Shown: positions 60,001 to 64,000 of the stretch, piece after piece | Layout: each line of letters starts with the position of its first letter | Position numbering within the stretch: position 1 is the stretch's first letter | Assembly: GCA_964057225.1 (NCBI GenBank) | Contig: OZ059896.1 | Location: forward strand, 12,586,001 to 12,650,000 | Direction: 5' to 3' | DNA length: 64,000 bases | DNA from: Auanema rhodensis | Taxonomy: Eukaryota; Animalia; Nematoda | The notes under the pieces: model-generated | Told to the model about the DNA's origin: nothing | Database searches by the model: none | Seen by the model: only the letters and a program-made list of their open reading frames with translations | Translations under genes and position numbers: made by a program

Positions 60001-63000
60001 TTGTCATTCTACTTGCTATTTCGAGAGAAACGTTTACAGATATATACGAATATTTACTACACTAGCAAGCAGAAGAAAACCTTATACTAGTTCATTGTTT
60101 TTTTTTTAAATTTTTTTCGGTATATTTATTTTTTCACTGTCAAATCGGCAAGCACCTGCTGCACATGTGCGAGCTATTCGAGTGACCGATGCCCAAACGA
60201 GCCACGCTTAGAAAATGAGGCTGACATAACACGTTTTTCACTCTGTAGAGTTGTACCCACTTAACAAAAAAAGTAGAAGAACATATATATTTAGAGCAAA
60301 AAAAGTGCGGAAAAGTCGTTATCTCGTTAACATCAGTTTCACTGTTCAAAACTCTGTCTATTGTCACTCTACTTGCTATTTCGAGAGAAACGTTTACAGA
60401 TATATATGAATATTTACTACACTAGCAAGCAGAAGAAAACCTTATACTAGTTCATTGTTTTTTTTTTAAATTTTTTTCGGTATATTTATTTTTTCACTGT
60501 CAAATCGGCAAGCACCTGCTGCACATGTGCGAGCTATTCGAGTGACCGATGCCCGAACAAGCCACGCTTAGAAAATGAGGCTGACATAACACGTTTTTCA
60601 CTCCTACCCAGATTGATTGCTTTAGAGACATTTCTGTCTTATCTCATTATATTCTCTACTTTAACTTTAATTTTTCTTAAATTTCATCAATGTATAATTC
60701 AAAATATCATTTCTTGTAATCAGATTGTTAATCGTTATATCTGTAAACATTTCTCTCGAAGTAGCAAGTAGACTGTTCAGTTGTACCCACTTAACAAAGA
60801 AAGTAGAAGAACATATATATTTAGAGCAAAAAAAGTGCGGAAAAGTCGTTATCTCGTTAACATCAGTTTCACTGCCCAAAACTCTGTTTATTGTCATTCT
60901 ACTTGCTATTTCGAGAGAAACGTTTACAGATATATACGAATATTTACTACACTAGCAAGCAGAAGAAAACCTTATACTAGTTCATTGTTTTTTTTTTAAA
61001 TTTTTTTCGGTATATTTATTTTTTCACTGTCAAATCGGCAAGCACCTGCTGCACATGTGCGAGCTATTCGAGTGACCGATGCCCAAACGAGCCACGCTTA
61101 GAAAATGAGGCTGACATAACACCTTTTTCACTCTGTAGAGTTGTACCCAGTTAACAAAAAAAGTAGAAAAACATATATATTTAGAGCAAAAAAAGTGCGG
61201 AAAAGTCGTTATCTCGTTAACATCAGTTTCACTGTTCAAAACTCTGTTTATTGTCACTCTACTTGCTATTTCGAGAGAAACGTTTACAGATATATATGAA
61301 AATTTACTACACTAGCAAGCAGAAGAAAACCTTATACTAGTTCATTGTTTTTTTTTTAAATTTTTTTCGGTATATTTATTTTTTCACTGTCAAATCGGCA
61401 AGCACCTGCTGCACATGTGCGAGCTATTCGAGTGACCGATGCCCAAACGAGCCACGCTTAGAAAATGAGGCTGACATAACACGTTTTTCACTCTGTAGAG
61501 TTGTACCCACTTAACAAAAAAAGTAGAAGAACATATATATTTAGAGCAAAAAAAGTGCGGAAAAGTCGTTATCTTGTTAACATCAGTTTCACTGCCCAAA
61601 ACTCTGTTTATTGTCATTCTACTTGCTATTTCGAGAAAAACGTTTACAGATATATATGAATATTTACTACACTAGCAAGCAGAAGAAAACCTTATACTAG
61701 TTCATTGTTTTTTTTTTAAATTTTTTTCGGTATATTTATTTTTTCACTGTCAAATCGGCAAGCACCTGCTGCACATGTGCGAGCTATTCGAGTGACCGAT
61801 GCCCAAACGAGCCACGCTTAGAAAATGAGGCTGACATAACACGTTTTTCACTCCTATCCAGATTGATTGCTTTAGAGACATTTCTGTCTTATCTCATTAT
61901 ATTCTCTACTTTGACTTTGATTTTTCTAAAATTTCTTTAATGTATTATTCAAAATATCATTTCTTGTGTTCAGCTTGTTAATCGTTATATCTGTAAACGT
62001 TTCTCTCGAAATAGCAAGTAGAGTGTAAAGTTGTACCCACTTAACAAAGAAAGTAGAAGAACATATATATTTAGAGCAAAAAAAGTGCGGAAAAGTCGTT
62101 ATCTCGTTAACATCAGTTTCACTGTTCAAAACTCTGTTTATTGTCACTCTACTTGCTATTTCGACTGAAACGTTTACAGATATATATTTATATTTACTAC
62201 ACTAGCAAGCAGAAGAAAACCTTATACTAGTTCATTGTTTTTTTTGAAATTTTTTTCGGTATATTTATTTTTTCACTGTCAAATCGGCAAGCACCTGCTG
62301 CACATGTGCGAGCTATTTGAGTGACCGATGCCCAAACAAGCCACGCTTAGAAAAAGAGGCTGACATAACACGTTTTTCACTCCTACCCAGATTGATTGCT
62401 TTAGAGACATTTCTGTCTTATCTCATTATATTCTCTACTTTGACTTTGACTTTTCTGAAATTTCATTAATGTATAATTCAAAATAACATTTCTTGTGATC
62501 AGATTGTTAATCTTTATATCTGTAAACGTTTCTCTCGAAATAGCAAGAAGAGTGTTCAGTTGTACCCACTTAACAAAGAAAGTAGAAGAACATATATATT
62601 TAGAGCCAAAAAAGTGCGGAAAAGTCGTTATCTCGTTAACATCAGTTTCACTGCCCAAAACTCTGTTTATTGTCATTCTACTTGCTATTTCGAGAGAAAC
62701 GTTTACAGTTATATATGAATATTTACTACACTAACAAGCAGAAGAAAACCTTATACTAGTTCATTGTTTTTTTTGAAATTTTTTTCGGTATATTTATTTT
62801 TTCACTGTCAAATCGGCAAGCACCTGCTGCACATGTGCGAGCTATTCAAGTGACCGATGCTCAAACGAGCCACGCTTAGAAAATGAGACTGACATAACAC
62901 GTTTTTCACTCCTACCCAGAGTGATTGCTTTAGAGACATTTCTGTCTTATCTCATTATATTCTCTACTTTGACTTTGATTTTTCTAAAATTTCATTAATG

Positions 63001-64000
63001 TATAATTCAAAATATCATTTCTTGTGATCAGATTGTTAATCGTTATATCTGTAAACGTTTCTCTCAAAATAGCAAGTAGAGTGTTCAGTTGTACTCACTT
63101 AACAAAGAAAGTAGAAGAACATATATATTTAGAGCAAAAAAAGTGCGGAAAAGTCGTTATCTCGTTAACATCAGTTTCACTGCCCAAAACTCTGTTTATT
63201 GTCATTCTACTTGCTATTTCGAGAGAAACGTTTACAGATATATATGAATATTTACTACACTAGCAAGCAGAAGAAAACCTTATACTAGTTCATTGTTTTT
63301 TTTGAAATTTTTTTCGGTATATTTATTTTTTCACTGTCAAATCGGCAAGCACCTGCTGCACATGTGCGAGCTATTCGAGTGAACGATGCCCAAACGAGCG
63401 ACGCTTAGAAAATGAGGCTGACATAACACGTTTTTCACTCCTACCCAGATTGATTGCTTTAGAGACATTTCTGTCTTATCTCATTATATTCTCTACTTTG
63501 ACTTTGATTTTTCTAAAATTTCATTAATGTATAATTCAAAATATCATTTCTTGTGATCAGACTGTTAATTGTTATATCTGTAAACGTTTCTCTCGAAATA
63601 GCAAGTGGAGTGTTCAGTTGTACCCACTTAACAAAGAAAGTAGAAGAACATATATATTTAGAGCAAAAAAAGTGCGGAAAAGTCGTTATCTCGTTAACAT
63701 TAGTTTCACTGCCCAAAACTCTGTTCATTGTCACTCTACTTGCTATTTCGAGAAAAACGTTTACAGATATATATGAATATTTACTACACTAGCAAGCAGA
63801 AGAAAACCTTATACTAGTTCATTGTTTTTTTTTAGTTTTTTTCGGTATATTTATTTTTTCACTGTCAAATCGGCAAGCACCTGCTGCACATGTGCGAGCT
63901 ATTCAAGTGATCGATGCCCAAACGAGCCACGCTTAGAAAATGAGGCTGACATAACACGTTTTTCACTCCTACCCAGATTGATTGCTTCAGAGACATTTCT
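54027..64000. repeat. Tandem satellite array, right block (~22 monomers; ~530 and ~360 bp units, 890-bp dimers)
   Basis: The same monomer resumes in the same orientation at atgaatatttacta (54027). Short units are frequent and an 890-bp period is seen at 59477/60367/61257. The array runs off the right edge. Confidence 0.99.

Noticed and set aside
1-64000. 5S rRNA, SL1 or snRNA tandem gene cluster, or telomeric repeat
   Set aside because: I found no SL1 leader (GGTTTAATTACCCAAGTTTGAG), 5S or U-snRNA sequence in the monomer, and no TTAGGC tracts.

Overview
Eukaryotic DNA, very probably nematode. About 55 kb is one head-to-tail, same-orientation satellite array with a ~528-530 bp full monomer and 512, ~359 and 342 bp deletion variants. 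I count ~94 monomers at 1-45268 and ~22 at 54027-64000, organised into local higher-order repeats. Each full monomer carries a ~199 bp MITE-like unit with 40-bp inverted arms. A ~407 bp unique island holding a tRNA-Gln(CTG) gene interrupts the array once. That tRNA gene is itself split just after its A box by an intact, very young 8,346 bp BEL/Pao LTR retroelement (Belpaoviridae, 45547-53892). The element has apparently identical 441-bp LTRs, a TAGCA target-site duplication, a tRNA-Gly PBS and one 2405-aa Gag-Pol-Env ORF ending in a phlebovirus-like Gc fusion protein. The leading candidate for a new system is an enveloped endogenous belpaovirus inserted inside a tRNA gene, possibly by targeting, but one insertion cannot prove specificity. 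All small ORFs in the track are satellite or antisense artefacts. Comparisons were made by eye and reference sequences are recalled, not searched.
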